A stretch of DNA of 63,764 nucleotides from the NCBI GenBank assembly GCA_937879845.1, contig CALFML010000356.1, positions 1 to 63,764 of the forward strand, written 5' to 3'. Both the position numbers and the translations under genes were made by a program. The stretch is from an uncultured Myxococcales bacterium. GTDB taxonomy: Bacteria > Myxococcota_A > Polyangia > Palsa-1104 > JAEUJZ01. The notes under the pieces are model-generated. The model was not told where the DNA came from. It did not search any database and saw only the letters and a program-made list of their open reading frames with translations. Positions 35,240 to 42,966 of the stretch are shown here, in pieces (positions within the stretch are counted from its first letter, which is position 1; each line of letters starts with the position of its first letter).

Positions 35240-38200
35240 TCGCTGCTTTGAGTCTGCTGCTCTTGGCGGCGGGCCTGCCCGCACCGCCGCCGACTGCCGC
35301 GACAGCTGCGCCGTCCGCGTCGCGGAGCGTCCGCGCCGGCCGCCGCCCTGCGGTCGGCCCGTCGGCGCTGCAGGCGACCGCGCAGCTTTTGGAGCAAGCG
35401 CTCAAAGACAGCCCGGACGACCTTGATACGATAAACCAGCTGGCCCAGGTGCTGGCGCAGCTCGGCCGCCGGGCGGAGTCGCAGGCTCTGTATCGCCGCG
35501 CCATCGCTCAGGCGCCGGACAACTGGCTGGCCTATGCGCGCCTGGCGGAGCTTTTGACCCAAGATCCGCGCCGCTGGGAACAGCGCGGCGAGGTCGGGGC
35601 CCTGCTCAAGACGGGACTCTTGCGCACCACGGAGGATGTCGAAGGCCACCTGCGTCTCCTCATCAGCACCGCCAACTTCGAGCGCGCGGTCGGCCAGACG
35701 CAGGCGGCGCGGGCGCGTCTGCAGGTGCTGGAGACGGCGGCGCTGCCGGCCGCGGTGCGCAAGCAGGTGCTGGATCTTTTAGATGACATCCAGAGCGATG
35801 AACAGCAGAGCGCCCTGCGCGACTGGCCGGAGCCGCCGATACCGCCAGGGCTAAGAGGCCAGCTGCTCATCGCCGAGCAGTCCTTGCGCGACGGCGATGC
35901 CCAGTCCGCGCTGCGCGATGTCGATGCGCTGCTGCGCGCTGGGGCGAGCTGGCGCGCCCCGCGCTGGCTGCGCGCGCGGGCGCTGGAGGCGCTCGGCCGC
36001 TTCGACGATGCGGAGCGCGAGCTGACCATTTTATTGCAGCTGTCGCCGTCGCACGCGGCGGCGTGGCGGGAGCTTGGCATCCTGCTGGCGGCGCACGGCG
36101 GGGCCCTCGATGCCGGACGGAGCGATGAGGCGCTGCGGCACGCGCTGGCGCTGGAGCCGGGCTACTTCGATCTGTGGCTCCTGCGGGCGCAAGTTTCCCT
36201 GCGGCGCGGGGATCTGGCGGCGGCCCAGAGCGCGCTGCAGCGCTACCTGCGCGAGGCGCTGGAGCAGGCGCCGCAGAAGCTCCACGATCTGGAAGTGCGC
36301 CGGCTGCTGCACGCGGTCAAGGGGCAGCCGGATACCGCGCAGCAGCCGGCCCGCCTCGGACGTAGCGCCGCGGTACCTTCGGCCAAGGCGCAGGAGCTCT
36401 ATCACCAGGCCAAGGACTGGCTCAAGAGCGGCGATCCCGTCGGGCTGGCCCCCGATCTTTTGGCCGCGGCGCTGCAGGACTCTCCGGGCTTTATCGATGC
36501 CGCAGTCACCACGTACGCGCTGACCGGACAGGTACCGCCGGCGACCGTGGCCGCGCTGTGGCAAGACGGGGAGGCGCTGCTGGAACTCGGGCGTCAGCTG
36601 CGCGCCCTTGTGAGTACGGCGGAGACGCGGCAGGCGCTGCGGCCGTGGCTCGATCGCGCCATCGCGCTCGGCAACCAGGCGGCGTACTTTGAGCGCGGCG
36701 CGCTCTTGATTGAAGACAATAAGCCCGCAGAGGGGCTTTCCGACCTGCGCGCCTATGTCGCGGCGGCGGCTTCGCCGGTGGCGCTGGACGAGGCGCGGGT
36801 GCTGCTCACGGCGGTGGACAGTCCGGGGGCGGAGGAGGCCGTGCTGACGCGCGCCCGCAGCCTGCTTCTTTCGGACAAGCCGCAGGAGGCGATTGCGGCG
36901 CTGGGCGGCGTGTGCCGGGACGGGGAGGGCGGCGCGGTCGGGGCGCCGCGGCTGCTCATGCTCGGGGTGGTGCATGAGTGGGCGGGCGAGCTTGCGGCGG
37001 CGGTGGAGTGCTACCGGCTGGCCCTGCGCCACGGGGCTGCCGCCGCGTCCTTGCCGCGCCTGGCCGGGGTTGCGGCGCGGGCGCCGCTGCCGCTTACCGC
37101 GCAGCTCGAACCGGAGCTGAAGCAAGCCGCGGCGCAGGAGGTAAACGCCCCGAGCGCTCACTTCGCCCTGGCCCGGTTGGCGCTCTCGCGCGGTGCGACC
37201 GAGCCGGCGCTCGCCCGCATCGACAGCTTCCTGCGCGAAGCGCCGCTGCAGGATCCAAGCCGCGGCGCGGCGCTGTTCATCCGCGGCCAGATCACCGCGG
37301 AGCGGGCGCGCCTGCAGCACAAGGTGCAAGTCCGCCGCTTCACGATCGGCGCGCTGATCCTTTTGGCGCTCGGCGGCGTGCTGGTGTGGCTGCTGCGCGG
37401 CCGCACGCTGGCCCGCGCCCTGGTGCGGCGGCCTGCGCTTTTTCCAGAGCTGGCGCGAACCATCGGCCAGCTCCGGCACGATGTCCTCAAGCACCGCACG
37501 AGCGCCCTGGGCCTGCTCGCCGGCGACCCCGGGCGCGTGGACGAGCTGCATGAGCAGGTGCAGCACATGCTCTGGGAACCCGAGCGCGCCTCCAGCCTTA
37601 TCGCCGCCGCCTATGCCCGGCTGCAGACTGCGGCGCGGGCGCACGGCGTGCTGCTGCGGCCGCTCCACCGCGAGCCGATCTTCGGCCCGCTCGTGCGCGA
37701 TCTGCGCCGCGCCGAGTCGCTGCTGCGGGCAGAGCGCCTGACGCCGGCCGCCCTTACGCGCCTGCGCCGGGTGGATGAGCGCTTGCGCGAGCTGCACTCC
37801 GAGCGGCTCGGCTCCCTGCTGCGCCTGGGGCCGCGCACCCGCGTCGATGCGCTGCTGATTACGGCGTGGATCCGCGATGTCGAAGCGGAGCTGCGCCTGC
37901 GCATGCAGCCGTGGATCTCGCCGGTGCTCCTTCTAGAGGGGCTGGACCTGGAGTTCCCGGTGGAACGGCAGGCGCTCATGACGCTGTTTGTAAACCTTTT
38001 GCGCAATGCCCAGGCCGCGGTGGCGAGCGAGCCCGAAGCCGCCAGCCCGCCGAGCGTGCTGGTGCGCGTCGGCGAAGAGCGCGACGCCCTGGGCCGCCGC
38101 CTGCTGCTGCTCCTGGTCGGCGACTCGGCGACGCACGAGCTGACCCTGGAGACCGTCGAGCGGCGTGAGAGCGGACGCGGGCTCGCCATCCTGCGCGATC

Positions 38201-38286
38201 TCGTGCACGAGTGGCGCGGGCACCTCATCGTCCGAGCGGAGAGTCCGCCTTTGATAAAAGGAGTGGGGGCATGCTTCCCGACCTGA
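35236..38286 (+). CDS. Periplasmic TPR-repeat sensor with one TM helix and a cytoplasmic GHKL (histidine-kinase-like) ATPase
   Basis: ATGA overlap with the EBP gene. Signal peptide followed by ~700 aa of TPR-like repeats. TM helix FTIGALILLALGGVLVWLL. H-box-like IGQLRHDVLKH, N-box LFVNLLRNAQAAV and G2-like SGRGLAILRDLV. Confidence 0.75.
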   Translation: MIAALSLLLLAAGLPAPPPTAATAAPSASRSVRAGRRPAVGPSALQATAQLLEQALKDSPDDLDTINQLAQVLAQLGRRAESQALYRRAIAQAPDNWLAYARLAELLTQDPRRWEQRGEVGALLKTGLLRTTEDVEGHLRLLISTANFERAVGQTQAARARLQVLETAALPAAVRKQVLDLLDDIQSDEQQSALRDWPEPPIPPGLRGQLLIAEQSLRDGDAQSALRDVDALLRAGASWRAPRWLRARALEALGRFDDAERELTILLQLSPSHAAAWRELGILLAAHGGALDAGRSDEALRHALALEPGYFDLWLLRAQVSLRRGDLAAAQSALQRYLREALEQAPQKLHDLEVRRLLHAVKGQPDTAQQPARLGRSAAVPSAKAQELYHQAKDWLKSGDPVGLAPDLLAAALQDSPGFIDAAVTTYALTGQVPPATVAALWQDGEALLELGRQLRALVSTAETRQALRPWLDRAIALGNQAAYFERGALLIEDNKPAEGLSDLRAYVAAAASPVALDEARVLLTAVDSPGAEEAVLTRARSLLLSDKPQEAIAALGGVCRDGEGGAVGAPRLLMLGVVHEWAGELAAAVECYRLALRHGAAAASLPRLAGVAARAPLPLTAQLEPELKQAAAQEVNAPSAHFALARLALSRGATEPALARIDSFLREAPLQDPSRGAALFIRGQITAERARLQHKVQVRRFTIGALILLALGGVLVWLLRGRTLARALVRRPALFPELARTIGQLRHDVLKHRTSALGLLAGDPGRVDELHEQVQHMLWEPERASSLIAAAYARLQTAARAHGVLLRPLHREPIFGPLVRDLRRAESLLRAERLTPAALTRLRRVDERLRELHSERLGSLLRLGPRTRVDALLITAWIRDVEAELRLRMQPWISPVLLLEGLDLEFPVERQALMTLFVNLLRNAQAAVASEPEAASPPSVLVRVGEERDALGRRLLLLLVGDSATHELTLETVERRESGRGLAILRDLVHEWRGHLIVRAESPPLIKGVGACFPT

Positions 38287-38762
38287 AGCCGCCGCTGCCG
38301 ATCTGGATCGTCTGTGAGGACGGCACCGAGTACCTGGACCGCTTCGCGCGATTTCTCGGGGAGCGGTTCTCTTTTGTCGCCGCGCTCGATGGACCGGCGC
38401 TCGTCGCCATGCTGGCAGAGCCGGCGGGGGCGCGGGCCAGCGGCGTGCTGCTCGACCTCGATTTTCGCCGCACGCCGTCGGAGCGGCTGGTCGATGAGCA
38501 GGGCCGCTCGGGCCAGGTGCTGGGGGAGCAGCAGCGGCGCCGGCTGACCGGCCCGCAGGGGATCCTGATCCTGCGCTTGTTGCGCGCCCACGGCTCCCGC
38601 CTGCCGGTGCTCCTGTGCGCCGATCTCGACGACGCCGCCCAGACCGCCTACCTGGAGCGCACCCTGGCGCCGCTGACCATCGTGCCGAGCCACGAGGGCC
38701 TGCGCGAGATCGCCGCCCGCATGCAGGCGATGAGTCAAGGCTCCGCCGCCCCGCCGAAGTAA
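38271..38762 (+). CDS. Stand-alone receiver-like protein with insertion after the putative acceptor Asp
   Basis: ATG 38271 (AAAGGAG SD) lies inside the last 16 nt of the kinase gene. IWIVCED..GVLLDLDF..[insert RRTPSERLVDEQGRSGQVLGEQQRRRLTGPQGILILRLLR]..LPVLLCAD. Confidence 0.6.
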   Translation: MLPDLKPPLPIWIVCEDGTEYLDRFARFLGERFSFVAALDGPALVAMLAEPAGARASGVLLDLDFRRTPSERLVDEQGRSGQVLGEQQRRRLTGPQGILILRLLRAHGSRLPVLLCADLDDAAQTAYLERTLAPLTIVPSHEGLREIAARMQAMSQGSAAPPK

Positions 38763-38778
38763 CCGCTTTCGACCGTTT

Positions 38779-38794
38779 GTAGAGGCTCCTCTAC
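38779..38794. promoter_or_regulatory. Palindrome GTAGAGG-ct-CCTCTAC, candidate activator-binding site (or weak hairpin)
   Basis: 7-bp perfect arms read directly. The centre lies ~90 nt upstream of the -12 element at 38878-38879. Confidence 0.35.
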
Positions 38795-38863
38795 GTTCTG
38801 CATAATAAGTAGCTCCGCAACGCCGCTGCCGCCGCAATCCCGAGTGAAGCCGCGGCGTTGGCT

Positions 38864-38880
38864 CTGGCCCGCGCGATGCA
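38864..38880 (+). promoter_or_regulatory. sigma54-type -24/-12 promoter candidate (TGGCCC-N5-ATGCA)
   Basis: cTGGCCCgcgcgATGCA has GG and GC cores at consensus spacing and two non-core mismatches. It lies 32 nt upstream of ATG 38912, with GGAAAGGAG SD in between. Confidence 0.5.
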
Positions 38881-38911
38881 ATGACCGGCGCGCAGGAAAG
38901 GAGCCTTTGCA

Positions 38912-40165
38912 ATGCGTTATCTAGAACCCGTACGGTCTTTCTTCAAGCGTCTCGGCTATGTCCTTTTGGCGACTCCCTGGGCGGTGGTCCTGGGGCTCAT
39001 CGAGATCTTGCGCAGCGAGCGCGGACGGCGGCTGCTCGCCGGTCTGAGTCTGCTTGGACTTCTGGCCGCGGCGGGGCTTGCCCACCCGGTGCGCACCATC
39101 ATGCCGGGCGAAGTCGGGGTGCGCTATAACCGCATCACCGGCACCATGACCGAGGTGCGGGAGGGCTGGGTCCTGCTCTTGCCGGGCCTGCAGGAGCTGC
39201 ACCGCTACTCCCTGCGCGATCAGGTCTACCGCCCGACCCGCAGCGCCCGCGCCGCCGGCGAATCTCCCTACCAGTCGGTCGAGGGCCTGTCGCTCGGCGT
39301 CGATGTGTCGGTGCGCTACGCCCTCGATCCGAGCCGCATTCCCGCCGTGGCGCGCAAGCTGCCTACCGATATCGGGGTGCAGCTCGTCGAGCCGGTCGTG
39401 GATGGGGTGCTGCACCGGACGTTCGCCAAGCACACCGTGCGCGAGATCTTCTCCACCCACCGCGCCGACATCCAGAAGTCGCTCACCGAGGAGCTCGGCG
39501 GACTCCTTTTGCCCGACGGGGTGATCGTGCGCGCGGTCTTTTTGGGCAGCGTCGATCTTCCCACCGAGTACAAAAACGGGCTGGAAGCGCTCCTTTCAGA
39601 GGAGCTGCACGCGGAGAAGATGCGCTACACGCTGGAGCTCAAGGAGAAGAAGGTCAAGGAGTCGGAGCTTGACGCCGAAGCGCAGAAGGTCCAGCGCGAA
39701 AAGTCCGCCGAAGCCGCCGGCCGCGAGGAGGTGATCGCCGCCAAGGCCAAGGCGGAGGCGATGCAGCACATCCTGCCGTTCAAAGAGCGCGAGATCGAGC
39801 AGAAGCGCCTGGAAGCGGAAGCGCAGAAAGTCCAGCGGCTCAAGCACGCCGAAGGCGAGGCGGAGGCGCGGCGCATCGAGTCGGCCGGCGAGGCGGAGGC
39901 GCGGCGCAAGCTCGCCGAGTCCGATGCCTACCGCGCCGAGGTGCTGGGCAAGGCCAACAGCGAGCAGCTGGCGCGCGAGTCGGCGCTCATCGCCAAGAAC
40001 CCGCTGCTCATCCAAAAGACGCTGGCCGATAAGCTGTCGGACAAGATCCAGGTCATCATCGCGCCGCCGACCGCGGGCGGGTTCTTCGCCGGGTCGCTGC
40101 TCGGACAGGGCAAGCCGGAGGCGGCGCGCGATGACAACAAGCGCGCCGGCGCGGAGGAGGAATAA
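38912..40165 (+). CDS. SPFH/band-7 (prohibitin/HflK-like) membrane protein with long E/A/K-rich coiled coil
   Basis: N-terminal TM segments. SPFH core: PGEVGVRYNRITG..LLLPGLQELHRYSLRDQVY..LSLGVDVSVRYALDP. Followed by a coiled-coil region rich in EAxxK repeats. Confidence 0.85.
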   Translation: MRYLEPVRSFFKRLGYVLLATPWAVVLGLIEILRSERGRRLLAGLSLLGLLAAAGLAHPVRTIMPGEVGVRYNRITGTMTEVREGWVLLLPGLQELHRYSLRDQVYRPTRSARAAGESPYQSVEGLSLGVDVSVRYALDPSRIPAVARKLPTDIGVQLVEPVVDGVLHRTFAKHTVREIFSTHRADIQKSLTEELGGLLLPDGVIVRAVFLGSVDLPTEYKNGLEALLSEELHAEKMRYTLELKEKKVKESELDAEAQKVQREKSAEAAGREEVIAAKAKAEAMQHILPFKEREIEQKRLEAEAQKVQRLKHAEGEAEARRIESAGEAEARRKLAESDAYRAEVLGKANSEQLARESALIAKNPLLIQKTLADKLSDKIQVIIAPPTAGGFFAGSLLGQGKPEAARDDNKRAGAEEE

Positions 40166-40167
40166 AG

Positions 40168-41688
40168 ATGTTGCCGCTCCTTTTGCTCTGTGCGCTGGTC
40201 GTCGAGGATCAAACGGCCCTGCGCGCCGCCCCGCAGGAGAGCACGCCGCGTCAGGCGGTGCTGTGGCGCGGCGACTGGCTGGAGGTGCGAGGGGAGCGCG
40301 CCGGTTATCTCCATGTCTATGACCACCGGCATGAGCGGCCCGGCTATGTGCGTCCCTCCCAAGTCCGGACCTATCCGCTGGAAGAAGCGAGCGCCCCGGC
40401 GCTGCACGCGGTGATCGATTTTCTCCGCGATACGCCGGGGGCGGAGTCGCTCGGCATCGGCTACGCGGCGCTGTACCTGCGGACGGCGCCGGCGGCCGCG
40501 GTGGGAAGCGAGGTGTTCGCCGCCCTGGGGCAGTTCGCCGAGCGGCTCGGGCGGCGGGCCTCGGCGCGGCGGGCCGGCGCGGGGCGGGAGGACGCGGCGC
40601 TGGCTGCCCACCTGGAGGTCGCGCAGAGCTACGGCGTAAAGTTTGTAAGCACGGAGCGCAAGGAGCACACCCAGGTCTGTTACGACGGCGAGGCGTTCCG
40701 CCGCGTCCTGGCGCTGCCGGCGCCGCCGGTGCAAAAGGCGCGGGCGGCGCTCTACCTCACCCACCCCGACTGCGTCCCGCCCGAGCTTGGACCGAGCGAC
40801 CGCCAGCTCGTGCAGGAGTGGGCGGTCACGGTGCTTGCGCGCGTCGATCCGGCGGCGGTGCCGGCGGCGCTCGGCAATCGCCTGCGGCTGCGGCGGGCGG
40901 CGGCGCTGGCGGAGCTTGTGTTTCACTATGCCCGCAAGGGCGACATGGTTCGCGCCGCGGCGCACAGCGAGCAGGCGGTGCGCGAGCTGGCTCTGGTCAA
41001 CCGGCCGGAGTTATATGAGGAAGACGGCGCTTGGTACGACGCGGTGGCGGTGCGTGTCGGCACCGCGCGCTGGGCGGCGGAGCCGGTGCGCCCGCCGCGC
41101 GGCCCGGCGGCGCTGACGCTGGAGACCCAGCCCGGCCAGCCCGGCGAGACCTGCGTGTCCCTTTTCGAGCGCCGGCCGGGCGCGGGCAAAGGCGAGGAGA
41201 AAAAGGAGCTGCTGCGCAAGTGCACCTACGGCCTGGTCTGGAACCAGTCGCTGCGCATCGCCCCGCGCGGCCAGGCTCTGGTCGTCGCGGTGCAGCCGTT
41301 GCCGAGCTGGAACGAGCTGTGGGTCTTCCATAAAGACGACGCTCCCGCGCAGACCGCAGAAGCGACCAAAGAAGCGACCAAAGAAGCGGCCAAAGCGGGA
41401 TCCACAGACAGCCCGGACGCCGGCCCCGGCTGGCGGCTTGACACGCTGTCCCCTGCGACCGTGGACCCGTACCTCGGCAACATCGAGCTCGCCGGCTTTA
41501 CTCCCGACGGCGCCCGCCTGCTCGTGGCCCGCGAGGCCGAGGTCCAAGGGACGATCCGGCGCGAGTTCCAGGTCGTGCGGCTGTCCACCCTGAGCGTCGA
41601 AACCCAGGCGCGCAGCGCCGACCGGCTGGCGGCCTTCCGCAGCTGGCAGTCTGCCGATTGGCAGAGCCGCACCCTCGCTCTCCGCTAA
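40168..41688 (+). CDS. Secreted hypothetical protein with N-terminal SH3b-like segment
   Basis: ATG lies 3 nt after the SPFH stop, with GGAGGAGGAA SD. Signal peptide. AVLWRGDWLEVRGERAGYLHVYDHRHERPGYVRPSQV is SH3-like. In-frame (EATK)x3 12-bp repeat at 41359-41394. Confidence 0.6.
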   Translation: MLPLLLLCALVVEDQTALRAAPQESTPRQAVLWRGDWLEVRGERAGYLHVYDHRHERPGYVRPSQVRTYPLEEASAPALHAVIDFLRDTPGAESLGIGYAALYLRTAPAAAVGSEVFAALGQFAERLGRRASARRAGAGREDAALAAHLEVAQSYGVKFVSTERKEHTQVCYDGEAFRRVLALPAPPVQKARAALYLTHPDCVPPELGPSDRQLVQEWAVTVLARVDPAAVPAALGNRLRLRRAAALAELVFHYARKGDMVRAAAHSEQAVRELALVNRPELYEEDGAWYDAVAVRVGTARWAAEPVRPPRGPAALTLETQPGQPGETCVSLFERRPGAGKGEEKKELLRKCTYGLVWNQSLRIAPRGQALVVAVQPLPSWNELWVFHKDDAPAQTAEATKEATKEAAKAGSTDSPDAGPGWRLDTLSPATVDPYLGNIELAGFTPDGARLLVAREAEVQGTIRREFQVVRLSTLSVETQARSADRLAAFRSWQSADWQSRTLALR

Positions 41689-41803
41689 CGCCCGCGGCCG
41701 CGGGAAAATACTCCTTTGTTTATCCCGACATCCCTCCGGTACGACCCCCACCGCGGCTACCTGCCGATACGGAACGTGGTAGTCTGGCTGCCCAGAGGTC
41801 GCC

Positions 41804-42964
41804 ATGAATCCCGCCGCCGCACCTGTCCGGCCCGACTCCGCCCCGCCTCCCGTGGTCGCTTGGTATGTATGGAGCACCGTCCTGTCCGTGGCCTGCGCCA
41901 TCTTCGGGGTGCAGTGGGACATCGCCTGGCACCGCTCGATCGGCCGCGATACGTTCTGGTCGCCGCCGCATATGATGATCTATCTGGGCGCGGTGCTGGC
42001 GGGGCTGTCGTGCGGCTACCAGATCCTGACGATGACATTTGGCCGTAGCGAAGGGGCGCTTTGCACCGTGCGCATCTGGGGTTTCCGCGGACCGCTCGGG
42101 GCCTTCATCACCGCCTGGGGCGGCATCGCCATGCTCGCGTCGGCGCCGTTTGACAACTGGTGGCACGACACCTACGGGCTCGATGTCAAGATCATGAGCC
42201 CGCCGCACGCGGTCTTGGCGCTGGGACTTTTGGGCCTGCAGCTCGGGGCGCTGATCTTCCTCTGCGGCCTGATGAACCGCGCCCGCGGGCAGACGCAGCG
42301 GCTGCTCCGGCTCCTTTTTCTGTTCATCGGCGGCTTCATCCTGATCGGACTTCTGACCTTCCAGATGGAGTTTATCCGCCGCACCGTGCAGCACAGCGGG
42401 TTTTTCTACCGCACCGTGGCGACCTGCGTCCCGCTTATCCTGATGGGAGTCGGGCGCGCCTCCGGCCACCGCTTCGGCGCGACGATCATCACCGCGTTTT
42501 ACACCATAGAGATGACGCTTATCATTTGGCTGTTTCCGCTGGTTCCGGCGACGCCCAAGCTCGGCCCGGTGTACCAGCAGGTCACCCATCTGATTCCGCC
42601 CGGCTTCCCTCTTTTGCTGATCGCTCCGGCGCTGGTCATGGATCTCATGGCGGCGCGTTTGGCGACCCGGCCGCTGCTGCTACAGAGCCTGGTCCAGGCG
42701 GCGTGCTTTCTTTTCGTCTTCGGTCTTGTGCAGTGGCCGTTCGCGGAGTTTCTGCTCTCTCCCGCTTCACGCACCTGGGTGTTCGGCACGCACTACGTAA
42801 GCTACAGCTCACGCAGCTTTTCTCCGGAGGTGCGGAACGTATTTTTCGATATGGACGGCCAGCTCGGATTGGTCCGCCAGCTTGGGTTGGCGGCGGTGCT
42901 CGCGGTGCTGAGCACTCGGCTCGGGCTGGCGGCGGCGGCTTTTCTGCGCGGGCTGCGGAGGTGA
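41804..42964 (+). CDS. Polytopic membrane protein with duplicated W-H...SPPH motifs (hypothetical)
   Basis: About 10 hydrophobic segments. WDIAWHRSIGRDTFWSPPH and DNWWHDTYGLDVKIMSPPH are repeated motifs. Confidence 0.65.
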   Translation: MNPAAAPVRPDSAPPPVVAWYVWSTVLSVACAIFGVQWDIAWHRSIGRDTFWSPPHMMIYLGAVLAGLSCGYQILTMTFGRSEGALCTVRIWGFRGPLGAFITAWGGIAMLASAPFDNWWHDTYGLDVKIMSPPHAVLALGLLGLQLGALIFLCGLMNRARGQTQRLLRLLFLFIGGFILIGLLTFQMEFIRRTVQHSGFFYRTVATCVPLILMGVGRASGHRFGATIITAFYTIEMTLIIWLFPLVPATPKLGPVYQQVTHLIPPGFPLLLIAPALVMDLMAARLATRPLLLQSLVQAACFLFVFGLVQWPFAEFLLSPASRTWVFGTHYVSYSSRSFSPEVRNVFFDMDGQLGLVRQLGLAAVLAVLSTRLGLAAAAFLRGLRR

Positions 42965-42966
42965 CC

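Noticed and set aside
41691-41704. Palindrome cccgcggccgcggg, 3 nt after the stop of the 40168-41688 gene, considered as a terminator.
   Set aside because: Only ~5 bp can pair once a minimal loop is allowed, and the downstream T-run is interrupted (aaaatactcctttgttt). It is too weak to list as a feature and is mentioned only as a possible operon boundary.
42160-42966. The 5' two-thirds extension of track ORF 42160-44457, which would give a 765-aa protein.
   Set aside because: The extension overlaps the well-formed membrane-protein gene 41804-42964 in another frame and translates to RP-rich junk. A signal-peptide-bearing ATG at 42967 sits 3 nt after that gene's stop.
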